From Zootoca vivipara (taxonomy: Eukaryota): a stretch of DNA of 64,000 bases. Positions 35,247 through 47,046 of the stretch are shown here, piece by piece. A program made the translations under genes and the position numbers. The notes below the pieces were generated by a model. The model saw only the letters and a program-made list of their open reading frames with translations. It was not told where the DNA came from and searched no databases. The stretch covers positions 36,642,001-36,706,000 of the forward strand of contig NC_083285.1 in NCBI RefSeq assembly GCF_963506605.1, given 5' to 3'. The stretch's first letter is position 1, and each line of letters begins with the position of its first letter.

Positions 35247-36829
35247 CTCTAGGCCTTGGCAACTCTATGGTGAAAGCCAATTTCATTTTGTACCAGAACT
35301 GTATAAAATGGAGTTAAGAAGATAACTGCTGGGCTTCAAGAGCAACATTCCTGCAGCAACATTGCGTGGTTACATCAAGGAATTGCAATATAATTATTCT
35401 GATGTTATAGCATGGCTATATAACTTTCTTCAGCGTAAGCTAAACAGCATGCTGTCCCACAAACTAATTGTACCTTTGCATGGGCATGTACACACCCAAC
35501 ACCAATGTATATCCGGGGGGACTGAGCTATGAAGAGCCCGAACAAAATAAAGGTGACTGAAAAATCAACGCAGCCAAGTATTCCTGAAGTTTATTCTTGC
35601 CAAGCATTCCCGATGTTCTAATTGGAAAAGAGAGCCCATCCTGTGGCGGGGCTAGAAAACAGGTCTTCCTATGCTAAGTCTGAACTGAAAGCAGGAAGGA
35701 GAGAAATACTATGTTGAAATCCAAGTGCTAGTTTTTCTTCCAAGACCAAAGAAAGCAGCATGTAGAAGGCAGGCAGGGATACTTCTTCCCACCCCAACAT
35801 AATAGTTGACACTGGCACACACAGCTAGACTTGCATGGGTGCCATTATGTAAAACCTGTTGGGATCTGAGTCTCAAAGTCTGTGCTGGCTCAAATGGAGG
35901 AAGGAGTGGCATGCAGCACACTTCCTGAATTCTCAGAATTACTCATTTTCTGCCTGAATTCTCAGAATCACTGATTTCTTTAAAAACACAAAAACCAAGT
36001 TTTCATCAAACCATCAAAATATACATAATAACCTTAAGCCAATATGCACTAAAGCAAATACAAAAATACGAACATACAATTTCCCCACCCCATAATATCC
36101 CATTTTTAGGCAAACATAAGATTTCAATGGCCAGTTCAAGGCTGGAAATAATTCTGAAAATAATTCCAGATATAAACAAATGCAGCCATAGCCTGGGAAC
36201 CCCATCTTTCATCCATGTGATAGATAGGCATAGAGTTAGTTAGTTGCTTTCTGTTTCAGAACAAACTTGTGTGTTAAATTTGTAGTTAAGAATAAAGAAT
36301 TCTTTTAAGGTGGGGAAACAGATTGAGAATTGCTTACTGAAGAGTATCCAGAGAGTTCAAAATACAGCAGGGAAATAAATACTACAAGCACATTGGAAAT
36401 GGCAATGTTGCAGGATAATTTTTTGTTAGGACCACAGCAGGGGAGGAACGGGTTAGACTCACACCCTGCAACTGCTATGCCTGCGATGACCCCAATTATC
36501 AGCCCCTCTATTTGCATTTTTTACAATTTGCATGTAAAGGCAAAGATGTATTTTTAAATATTGCATCTAGTCTGGCCTTCAGTATAAGGCAAATTCATGT
36601 GTTCATGCTACCAATTTAATTGGCATATTTTTCAGGGGGGGGGACGGACCCAGTAAAGTTGTCTTTTTATTTGTCATATTCTGCTATGCCACTTTGGTTA
36701 CAAAAAAAATTCTTGCTTAAGTGAGAAAATATGTGAAGAGCCTCAGCAATACTGCAGCAGAAAAGGGTCTCAAGTACAAGCATGCATATTCTCTTTTCAG
36801 TAAGGAGTCGGAAAAGGTTTGCATTTGTG

Positions 36830-36979
36830 CAGTGCTTTTTTCCTGGGGGGATGCAGGGATACGCATACCCCTAAACATTTTGTGAATCTAAGTTTGGCCT
36901 CATTGAGGGGCAGTATTTCAATATGTGTTGGAAAATGAGAGTACCCCTAAACATTTTTTATATATATAAAAAAGCACTG
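36830..36979. mobile_element. hAT-type MITE
   Basis: TIR CAGTGCTTTTTT / AAAAAAGCACTG. TSD CATTTGTG / CATTTATG. Confidence 0.8.
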
Positions 36980-37416
36980 CATTTATGTGTTGCTTTGTAT
37001 TCTCCCTCTCAAGGATCTCAAGTCTGGTCCCCTGTAGTCCAAATTCAACACACTGTTAATTATGTAACATTGTCTTCCATTTGTCAGAAAACATATTACA
37101 CCTTCCCATAACTTATTGAATGTAACCCTGTTCTCCGAATCTTCATTTTTGCAACGAGGAGGGCAAACTTCAATTTGGGGCACAAGAGGAAACGTGTTTT
37201 AAACTTTTACTCTCATACAGTCTGTAACTCATTGCTAGAAGGCATTTACCAGTTTGACAGTACAAGCCTAACTGAATTTATTCAGAAAAAAGCCTGAGTT
37301 CAATGTGGCAACATCAGGCACACCTCTTGGTACTCACCAAGGCCTCCTGACCCTAACCAATACCTGTATTCAAATTGAGGGTTGTTGGTTTTTTTGCTTT
37401 GTGGGTTGGGAAATCA

Positions 37417-37597
37417 CCTATATTCTGGTGTATAAGACGACTGGGTGTATAAGACGACCCCCAACTTTTCCAGTTAAAATATAGAGTTTGGGATATACTC
37501 GCCGTATAAGAAATACGACCCGGCGTATAAGAAAACCCCCGACTTTTGAGAAGATTTTCCTGGGTTAAAAAGTAGTCTTATACGCAGGAATATACAG
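37417..37597. mobile_element. Tc1/mariner-type MITE with GTATAAGA repeats
   Basis: Imperfect TIR TATATTCTGGTGTATAAGAC / GTCTTATACGCAGGAATATA. Confidence 0.7.
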
Positions 37598-37621
37598 TAT
37601 TTTGTTTTGGGTCTGTGTATA

Positions 37622-37855
37622 CCGTGTTTCTCATATTATAAGACATGTCTTATATTTATTTTTTCCTCAAAAAAACACACTATGGCTTATTTTCAAGGGA
37701 TGTCTTATTTTTTCCTCCTCCTCCTGCCGCGGCCGGCATTGCTGCTGCGCCTATCACTATGTCTTATTTTCGGGGTATGGCTTATATTCCTTGAATGCTT
37801 AAAAATCCTGCTATGGCTTATTTTATGGGTATGTCTTAAAATATGAGAAACAGGG
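37622..37855. mobile_element. Tc1/mariner-type MITE, copy 1
   Basis: TA|CCGTGTTTCTCATATTATAAGACA ... TGTCTTAAAATATGAGAAACAGGG|TA. Near-identical to 58798-59035. Confidence 0.9.
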
Positions 37856-38348
37856 TATTTGTTTCAGGTACATATGTGTTTGGCTTACAGGTTTGTTTTC
37901 TTTTTATCGGTGTGTGTGTGTGTGTGATTCTGAGCATTACAAGTTTTTCTTTCTCTGCCAGATGGGTATATTGCTGTGTCCGTCTACAGTTTAATTGGAT
38001 TTCCAAATGTGCCCCTGGGCCCCTCCAAAATTGGAGACCCCTGCCCTAGCAAGTGTGGTTAAGATTGCAGCCAGGCTTCCATCAAATCACTCACCAGGGC
38101 CCTTGCTGCACTGGCCACACCCTTCAGAAGGTGTGGAGAGGGAGGGAATCAAACCAGTCTCTCTGTAGGTTAGAAAATGATTGTTCAGTTATCTTATCTA
38201 CGTTAATAGACTGGAGTCAAGAACGCAGGTTAAAAACAAGACTGCGAGAATGGGAGGTGGAGCTTGATTCACTTTTAGTCTGCAATCCTTGCAGTCACTG
38301 AGAAATCTCAGAACTGAAAGTTGTTTTCTAATCTGGAAGGGTCTAGGA

Positions 38349-38560
38349 CAGGGTGGATAAAAACAATTTTAAAAAAAACTTTTTTTAAAAAAAAAAATAT
38401 TATTCCAAAAATGAAACCTTCATCTGGTTGTAAATATTAAGATTATACCAGCAAGTTTGAGTCTTTCTGTAAAAATAATAATAATAATTAAATCAAGTCT
38501 TACTGACTAGTGATTTAAATCATGATTTAAATTGATTTGATTTAAATCAAATCCACCCTG
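38349..38560. mobile_element. AT-rich hAT-type MITE
   Basis: TIR CAGGGTGGAT / ATCCACCCTG. 8-bp TSD GTCTAGGA. Subterminal GATTTAAAT repeats. Confidence 0.85.
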
Positions 38561-39007
38561 GTCTAGGATCAATAAAGAAATAAAAACAAATGAAAAAGTC
38601 GGGCAAATAATCCAATTGCACACTTTTTTTTTCTTTGGCAGGGATTCCAACTTCAGGTTACCTATTTAAATGATACCACTTTTTTTTTGTAAGATCCAAA
38701 CAAAAGACAAAAGACAGATTTCAGCTGCCTGATGAAAAACCTCTGATATACAGTAGTTTAATGTATTTTACTGGTTGAGCCAATGCATTCACAAGTCAGC
38801 ACCATTGAGTTCACTAGAGCTTACTCCCAGGTTAAGTATGCACCGTACGGCACTCATGCCCCCCAAAATTCATATTTAAGATACCAAATGATTTCTTGTT
38901 GAAACACTGCCGTCACTTCCTTCATTTTCGTACCAAATTTCTTACAGACTACATCTTACTAGCAAAAAAAATATTAAAAAATCTTCATTTCCCCACATTT
39001 TGAGGTT

Positions 39008-39228
39008 TACATAAGAATACAGCTAGATCAGGCCAAAGGCCCATCTAGCCCAGCATCTTTGTCCTCAAAGGAGTCAAGCAGATGCCTGGATAAAGCCCCT
39101 AAGCAGGACCTGAGTGCAGCAGCAGTCTCCCTATTTGATTCCCATAAACTAGTGTTCAGAGGCATACTGCCTCTGACAGTGGAGGTAGATAGAACGTAGC
39201 CCTCTTGGCTAGTAGTCATTGACAGCCT
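39008..39228 (-). mobile_element. Decayed CR1-like 3' end fragment
   Basis: CATAAGA...GATCAGGCCAAAGGCCCATCTAG.CCAGCATC motif. Related copies at ~4485-4660 and ~49180-49430. Confidence 0.55.
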
Positions 39229-39384
39229 TAAAGATAAAGGTAAAGGGACTCCTGACCACAAGGTCCAGTTGTGACCGACTCTGGGGTTGCGGCGCTCATC
39301 TCGTGTTATTGGCCAAGGGAGCCGGCATACAGCTTCCAGGTCATGTGGCCAGCATGACTAAGCCGCTTCTGGCGAACCAGAGCA
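39229..39384 (-). mobile_element. Sauria SINE, 5'-truncated
   Basis: Same 3' portion and tail as the other copies. Confidence 0.8.
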
Positions 39385-42114
39385 TAATAAAAGAATAGGC
39401 AATTAATTAATTAATCTACTTGCCAAAATGCAATAACTGTAATGAGTCTTTTGTCTGTAATTAAATCCGAGGGAGAGTAACTTCCTCTGTATTTTTATAT
39501 TATTACTTGCCCCATAATCCTTTGGAAATCCATGTTTGGTGACCCCATATTTCTCTTTTCAGCAGCAAGCTGAAAAGGTTTCTTGAAAATTCCAACAAAG
39601 TATCATGAGAAAGCAATTTAGCAGCAGAGAAAGTCTAAAGATGTTGTTTATATCTTTAAAAAATTAACAAACAAAAACTGGATGAAGTCACATAACCACA
39701 AATACTTAATAAAGATGTATTTGTCTCAGAATACATTGCAGAATTTTTTCAGGGTGAATCAGATGGGCTTAAGGAATTTTTTTCAAGTCTAAAACTAGGC
39801 CACATTAAATGAAACTGTCTTCCACAACAGATTTGTTCCCAACTGTTTAAAAAAACCCATGGACCTGTTCTGCTGACATTAATTCTAGTACGTACAAGAC
39901 AGACCAAAAATGTAGGCAGTACCTTAGGAATATTTACAGAGTTGTTGTCCTCCAGAAGGGAAACTAAAACTAGAGTTATTAAGTTATCCAATGTCAATAA
40001 ATTATAGCTTAACTATAAGGTATATCAGTCTCATAATTGTATACTTAAGTAGCAACACGTTTTAACATGTGCATATATCTCAGAAGGTGTTTACTACACA
40101 TGATTTGATAATAATGCTTAGTCCTATGTAATTTACTCAGAGGTAAGTTCAGAGTTCATAAGGTAAGCTCATTAAATAAGTTCATGGTTCACAAGGAACT
40201 AGGCACAGGATTGGAGCCCAAATTTGAAGACAACAAAGTAGTAAATAGGAGTCCAATGCATTGAAAATGTACTTTTAACCAGCTAGTGCTAGAAATAAGG
40301 TACCCATGGGAAAAGTGCTCTAAAGAGATATGCTTGCAAATTACTTTTCTCAACTCAGTCAAAAGCAACAGATTTTAATATAGCATTAGAATTAGAAACA
40401 TGGAAATCTACAGTGCTGTTTTTTACTTTGCCTCCATAGCCATCTTGAACTGGACAAATAGCCAGTTACATATTACTCTCTATAGGATGTGTTCAGGAAA
40501 TGAATTAACACCTACAAATTTTTAAACCCATATAAACCAGATCCTGAGCATGTTTACTTAGACACAAGTTCCAATGGGAATTGCTTCCTAGAAAGTAAGG
40601 CAAGAACCATGGGAAACTCCAATTATTTGAAGTAAACGTAGGGGGAATCAAAGTCCTGCCTATTCATAACAATTGCTTACAACAGACAGATACAACGTAG
40701 TTCGAAGCACACATAAATATTTTACTTATTTATCTAGGAAACTTGCCTTTTCAACATAACAATTCAAAAAGGAGAACAAAAATGAAAGCAGGATACAATC
40801 TAAAAACAACAAACCTATCTGAAGAAAATAATAAGTGGGAATGCAATACAACAACCAAGAAAACCGATCAGGTATGTTAACCATAAAATACCTATCAAAC
40901 TGAACAAGTCTCTGAGGCCCATTTAAAGGAGCCACAGTCCTAAAATCTGGTAAATGGTCTTTCTTGAGGCCATTGGCTCAAACAATCTGAGAGCCATTCC
41001 TGAGAAAGAGCTCTCTCTGGCAGCCACTAACCCTGACAGGCAATAGCACTCTAAGATGATTATATCTGTGCTAAAAAGGAGGCAGGTACACATGAAAAAA
41101 GATACTCTTCCTCAAGTACCCTAGTCCCAGATCACCAAGAGTTTTAAGGGTGCAATCATAAACACTTTTAATTAGGGAGTAAACCTCTCAAAGACAGTGG
41201 GACTTACTTCTAAGTAAACATGGAAAGTACTGAATTGTGAAGTTAAGAATCAAATGCAGATCAGTGGAACTCACACAGAATTGGCATTATATGGCCCTAA
41301 ATCCCAAAATTAGCCTGGGTGCTGCATTTTTAAAAGGTATGAACCCACTTCTTTCATAATTTTCTCAGCTTTAGCAATTCTCAGCTTTAGTAATAAATAT
41401 GAAAAGATTTTATCTTTGTACTGTATTTCCATGTAACAATTTGTCTTGCAGCAGATGGGTTTTATGTTGATAGATAAAAATGTTTCCATTGTTATGCTGT
41501 TTTACTCCCTCCATGGGGCTTCTTTATTTGTAATTGTCTAATTTAAATTGCTCGGAAAGGGTAGGGTTTATGCTTTATAAGTAAAATAAAAATCAAATGT
41601 AATTCAAGGTTAGCATTACATGGGCTTCACCCTCCTGAGGAGGGAAAGATGTAAAGCATGACGAACACCCTGGATTTTCTATTACAAAAAAATAATAATA
41701 CAGTGGAACCAAATGCTTAACATATGACATGGCCCTAAGTCTGAACCATGTATTTACAACCATTCAGAGCTGCAGTTTAAGGCTGCAATTCTACACACAA
41801 CTTGGGAGAGAGTATCTTTCATCTTTTATGTTGTGAACCGCCCTAAGATCTACACATACAGGGCTATATATAAAAATTTAATAAATAATAAATAGTAATA
41901 ATCTCACTGGGACCAAATTCCACATAAACATGACTGGGGCTTGCTTGGGATAACATGCCACACATTCATAAATGAATTCCATACCTATCTCTATCACAGT
42001 AACTTTTTGTGTTGTTTTCCTGCTGCCACAAAAGTTAAAGAAAAAGCTTTAAGCACACCATTGTTTTATTTTCAGTGCCTAAGGGCATTATCTTACTATA
42101 GCTTTATTTATTTA

Positions 42115-42118
<4 letters not shown>

Positions 42119-42175
<57 letters not shown>
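42119..42175. repeat. (TAT)n microsatellite
   Basis: Direct read, about 18 units. Confidence 0.95.
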
Positions 42176-42176
<1 letters not shown>

Positions 42177-43119
42177 CATCATTCTGTGGTCAATAGTAAT
42201 TTATAGAGTACAGTAGAACTCTCATTAACAATATTTCACTGCATTCAGTACCAACTAGTAAAACAGGTTCCTTGTCTTTTACAGGTTCTAAACCACCACA
42301 AGCAGATGCCAAAGGGTTTTTCTTAATACTGTACACGTCCTTAAAGGAAACAGTGATGGTGTGTTTGTAGAAACCTGTTTTCACTGTCCATGCATATCAT
42401 GCAGTATCAAGCCCAATGCCAATTACATGGGGGAATTATCCAACAAGAGAGAAACAAATTGCCTTCATTCCATGGGCTTTACTAAACTTGGTGAGGTGGT
42501 GGAATAATGCTTGGTTATTCACAGTCTTTACGGGCAATTTCATTTTGTTCACTAAGAAGAATGGATCAGTTGTTTCCTTAGCTACTTTGCAACCAAATCC
42601 TATGTTTATTTGGAATGAAGCCCCACTGTGTTCAACAGGATTTATTTACAAGTGAATGAATGTACTGTACAGGAAATAAATCATTAGAAATGGTTATAGG
42701 TTTTTCCCAGTACAAACTCATTGGCACACAATGCCCATTCCTTCTGGGGGAAACAAGCAGATCTAAAACGGCTAGTTTACCACATTTTGAAGGAATGCAT
42801 ATTACCTAATCGACCATTAACAACAACGATTTCGTTGCCTCTTAGCCGCTACCTCTGGGCCACTGCACACTTTCAAGCAGAAAGCACCACCGACCGATCA
42901 CGTGTCACAATCGCACACACGTACTCAGCGAAGGCAGTGTACACGCAACGGGAAGCTGCGCAGCGCAGCCAATGGTGGCTTACCAGAGTACGTACACGCG
43001 TCTGCCACGTACACACAGAACAGATTCGCGCCATCAACACGCTGGTTCGGCATAGCTCCCCGCGATGAAGGAAAGGTTACATATCTCCAGCCAGCCCAAC
43101 CGGTTTCGTACGACACATT

Positions 43120-43258
43120 TCATAGAATCATCAGAGTTGGAAGGGACTCCCAAAGTGATCTAGTCCAACCCTCTGCAATACAGCCGTCACCGGGTGGTCT
43201 CGAACCACCAACCTTCTGGTTAACAGCCAGATGCACAAACCCATTGGGCCACTGGCAC
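43120..43258 (-). mobile_element. Short tRNA-Asn-derived SINE with CR1-type 3' tail
   Basis: Minus strand GGCTGTTAACCAGAAGGTTGGTGGTTCGAGACCACCC (tRNA-Asn(GTT)-like) runs directly into GGGTTGGACTAGAT...CCCTTCCAACTCTGATGATTCTATG (CR1 3' end). Confidence 0.8.
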
Positions 43259-43588
43259 GTTTCTCCGTCCAGCTCTCTTTCAAAACACAGACACCAGAAT
43301 CTCTCTGACAACAACAACAAAAGCTGCAGCATCGACTCTTTTCCATTGGCAACCTGTCAGTTGGAAGAAATGGCTGCTTCCTAGTGATTGCAAAAAAAAA
43401 AAACCTTTTCAGGGGCGGGCGGGCAGGCGAGGCTGTTATTCAGGGCGACAGGCGCTTATGTTTTGTTTTTGCAACCGCACCACTTCCCTCCCACTCCTAT
43501 TGTGAGGAGAGCGAGAAAGGAGCGGCGGCCGCTATCGCTGCAGCTGCTAGACGAGCTCCATTGAAAGCCGAGGCGCGGGAGCCGGGCT

Positions 43589-43622
43589 GTCACGTGACGC
43601 GGTTCCTGGAAAGTTCTTGGAA
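43589..43622. promoter_or_regulatory. SOCS2: E-box plus tandem STAT5 (GAS) element of SOCS2
   Basis: GTCACGTGAC (43589-43598), TTCCTGGAA (43603-43611), TTCTTGGAA (43614-43622). Same architecture as the mammalian SOCS2 growth-hormone response element. Confidence 0.85.
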
Positions 43623-44867
43623 AGCGGCCTTTGCATTTTTACCATTCGAGGGAGGGAGGGAGCGAAGGAAGGCGGCGCAGGAGACGGGCAAGGAGCGGAG
43701 CACCCACGACGCGCCTCCTTGTTTTGAAGTTTGCGAGGTGCCGTCGAGCTGAGAAGCCATGCAGGACCCCCCCTCCCTTTCGTTGAAAGCTGCCGGCCCC
43801 AATTCCTACAGAGCAAATAAATAAGATGCAGCGAGTCCGGTGTGTGTGTGTGTGTGTGTTTGAAGCGTTCCCCACGTGCATTCTGTACTCTTCGTTATGC
43901 CTGCCTCTCTCCCCCCCCCCTCTCGTCACCCCTACCCGGCGGCTGGGTTGGCGGTATGAGTGCGCGCGCGCGCCAGCGAGAAAATCCCTCCAGCCCGCCG
44001 GGAATTGTTTGCTGGGCGTCACGGCGTCACATGCAGATTTCCTGCCCCTGGTAGTAACAGCCCTTTGCAGAGAAGAATAACCTGAGCTCGCCTGCTCCCG
44101 CTGCGAGACAGCCAGTCTTGCCGGGGGGGGGGGGGGAGAGACACACACACACACAGCCGCCGCTGCTGCTGCTGCTGGCCGATCCATCTCCGCCCAGCTA
44201 GCACCGCGCTTCTCCCTCTTGCAACAAAAGCGAGGCTGAGCGCGCTGGCGGGCGAGCGCCTGCGTTGGCCTCCCGCGTCCAAAAAACAAAGGCGAGCTCC
44301 TGCAAGCGCCTTCGGCCAGTCCGGGGAGGGAGAAGCGGAGCGGCCGAGCGGGGAATCCATTGCAGGCGGAGGAGGCGGAGGTAAGAGTTTGCCGGAGTGC
44401 GCGCGGCCCCCGGCTCGCCCCTGGGGCCGCCCACCGCGTGTTTCCTCGACAGCAGCCCGCGCGCCCGGCTGCCTGGAAAGCGAGGAGAAGGCGCTCCACC
44501 TTGAGGTCAGCCAGAGGGAGCCCGATCGTGCTGTCCCGGGTCTGGCCCAGGTGGAAACCGGCGAGGGGCCCTTGCCCACCTTCTCTAGTGGTTGCCCGAA
44601 GGCGGGAAAGCCTGTGAGGAAATCAGGGGGAAGCGGGGCGCACCTCTTTCGCTCCGTCTATTTGCAGCGGATGCTCTGCAAGCCTAGCGGGATTAAGCAC
44701 GAGCGCTCCTAAGCGGCTGCCGGCTCTTTTTCTCTCCCGCAGGGTTGCAGGTTGCTGGCGGCCGGGATCCGGATGGGCTGGGGCAGCCGCCGGGGCCTCG
44801 GGGCCGGGGTACGGCGCTCCTAGCTTCCCCCCTCCCCCTCTCCCGCTCCCAAATCTCGAGCCCCCAA

Positions 44868-45015
44868 ATGACCCTGCGCTCGGCCGAATCCTCGGATGTC
44901 ACTGACAGGACTGGGGCCCAGTGGGAGGCTGCCGGAGCGGCGGCGGCGGCAGTGGCGGCGGAGCCTTCAGAGGAGGAGCGCCTGGAGTTAGCCATGCGGG
45001 AATTGAGGCTCGCAG
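44868..45015 (+). CDS. SOCS2: Suppressor of cytokine signaling 2, coding exon 1 (MTLRSAESS...ERLELAMRELRLAG)
   Basis: MTLR start. Exon acceptor at 44741-44742, donor G|GTAAGT at 45016. 148 nt, phase 1, which joins GWYWG in frame. Confidence 0.93.
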
Positions 45016-46588
45016 GTAAGTCAGATTGGGAGCAAACGTGGCCTTGGCGGGCTGGAGGTCCCTCCGGGGTTGCTCCGTGGTGACCAAAGAAGAAAAGGCT
45101 GGGGGTTTCTCCTTTTGCTGCGGTCCCTGAACAGTGGCCAGATACAAATAGGGGACTTGTGCGGCATTGGGGACCAGAGGGTTTCCCCCCTCCTTCCCTG
45201 CCAGTGCCTTCGGGGCTGTAGCGTGGGAAGGGCTGGGAGGAAAAGCGGACATGGATCGGGTTCCCGAGAGGACGAGCGCGACATCTGCGCGCGTTCTGTA
45301 GGATCGGAAAAATGGGACGCGCAACTTCGGGGGCCGCTCGTCGGGGGAGGAAGAGCAAGAGCTTTCGATCGAGATGCGAGTCAAAAATATCCCGCAAGCC
45401 TGAATGCTCCCCCCTCCTCCCCCCTTTGCCATTGAGGAGGCTCCCTCGAAAGCTGCGTCGCGGTTTTCGTTCCGATCATTCACGATCTAAAATAATGAGC
45501 GGAGCAAAGTAGAAAATCACCCATCTTGTATAATGATCTTAGGGCGAGGCTTTGCGAAGGAGAAGAAAACGAAAAATCCGCACTCTCCCTTTCTAAGCGT
45601 TAAAGAAACTTATATAGTGGTGCGCCACAACTTCGTTGTGTCCCTGCTTTCACGTTTTGGATTGGGAGTCTTAGATACGTGTGAATTATTATGCGGGGTG
45701 TTGCGTATTAGGATAGCTTCAAGGATAACGATGCCTCTCAAAAGCTGTCTTTTAACTTAAATGGCAGCCTTCTCTGTGAATCGAGAGTCGCTGGAGACTT
45801 TCTGGGGAAACAGAACTGTGCCTTGAGCAGAAAACAGTTTAATTTCTTCAGTGTAGTTATGGAGCAGAATCTCTCACATGGACAGAATATTCTCTTAAAG
45901 TCTTTCAGCTTATTATGTCCAACATTTCTTCCAGGAAAGGCTTTTCAAGAGGGCAGTGATTAGAATTTTACTGCCTTGTCATGGGGATTTGTACGAACAA
46001 AGAGAACAGTTTTACTACAAAAGCTAGACAGCAAAATATTCTCTTTAGTTTTTTTAAAAAAAGATTGAAGATGTGGGAAGTTATTACCTGAAAGGGATGG
46101 TTTTCCCATCCCTGATTTGTTTTACCCAAGAATAAAGAAGAATATTTGGCTGTAAGTATGCCTGCATCTAAAGATTATACTGTACAGTATTGTGCTTTGC
46201 TGTTGTGCTCTCTGCATATAGTTTCAGGCATCAGAACTTTGTTGGGGTACTTTGGGGTTAAAGTTACTGTTAATCAAATAAGACACATTGCAGGATAGCA
46301 CGAGCTTAAGTACTTCTGTCACTTATAGCACTTGAGCAGCCTAATTCTGTGCACACTGCTGACTCAAGTAAACCCCTCAGTCTTGAATGGGACTTATTCT
46401 CTACAGTAGAGACATGCAGGAGGAAAATTGCTCTTGTCCTTGAGACAGGCCACTTTCACTAAAAGTGAAAGACAGTGAGTTGTTCAAGGCCACCCAGTAA
46501 ATGTTTGGTTCAGCAGTGACTGGAAAGGGGTGGGGGGGTCCTTCTAGTGGAATCTACTTGAGTCTCTTTGTTTTCTTCCTCTTATCAG

Positions 46589-47046
46589 GATGGTACTGGG
46601 GTAACTTGAGTGTTGTAGAAGCCAAGGAGAGATTACAAGATACGTCTGAAGGTTCTTTCTTGGTCAGAGACAGCTCGCACTCTGAGTACCTGCTTACTAT
46701 TTCAGTGAAAACGTCAGTCGGACCTACCAACCTACGCATAGAATTTCAAGATGGCAAATTCCGACTGGATTCTATTATCTGTGTTCGGTCAAGGCTCCGG
46801 CAGTTTGACAGTGTGGTCCACCTGATTGAATATTACGTTCTTATGTGCAAGGACAGAAGAACTGCGTCTGAAATGCCTTCCAATGGAACAGTCCACCTGT
46901 ATTTGAATAAACCTCTCTATCATTCAACTTCATCTCTACAGCACTGCTGTAGGGTAGCTATAAACAGATACACAAATGAGATCCAGGAACTTCCTTTGCC
47001 AACAAGACTGAAGGAATTCTTGAAAGAATATCAATATCGGATATAA
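46589..47046 (+). CDS. SOCS2: SOCS2 coding exon 2: SH2 domain and SOCS box
   Basis: GWYWG, GSFLVRDSSHSEYLLTISVKTS, TNLRIE, FRLDSIICV, FDSVVHLI and LPLPTRLK motifs. TAA at 47044-47046. Total CDS 606 nt = 201 aa. Confidence 0.98.

Larger units (their letters stand above)
42860..45700 (+). promoter_or_regulatory. SOCS2: SOCS2 CpG island with probable upstream non-coding exon ending at 44380
   Basis: Extended GC/CpG-rich tract. Donor GAG|GTAAGA at 44381, acceptor ctcccgcag| at 44742. Confidence 0.8.

Noticed and set aside
41941-42216. Poly-tyrosine ORF
   Set aside because: Translation of a (TAT)n microsatellite.
43183-43258. Possible tRNA-Asn(GTT) gene
   Set aside because: The acceptor stem does not pair and the sequence continues straight into a CR1 tail, so it is a SINE.
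43384-45483. Many ORFs up to 286 aa on both strands around SOCS2 exon 1
   Set aside because: CpG-island stop-codon depletion, no domain motifs. Only 44868-45015 is supported.
46501-46588. N-terminal extension of the 181-aa SOCS2 ORF
   Set aside because: Intronic. It includes the polypyrimidine tract and AG acceptor at 46587-46588.
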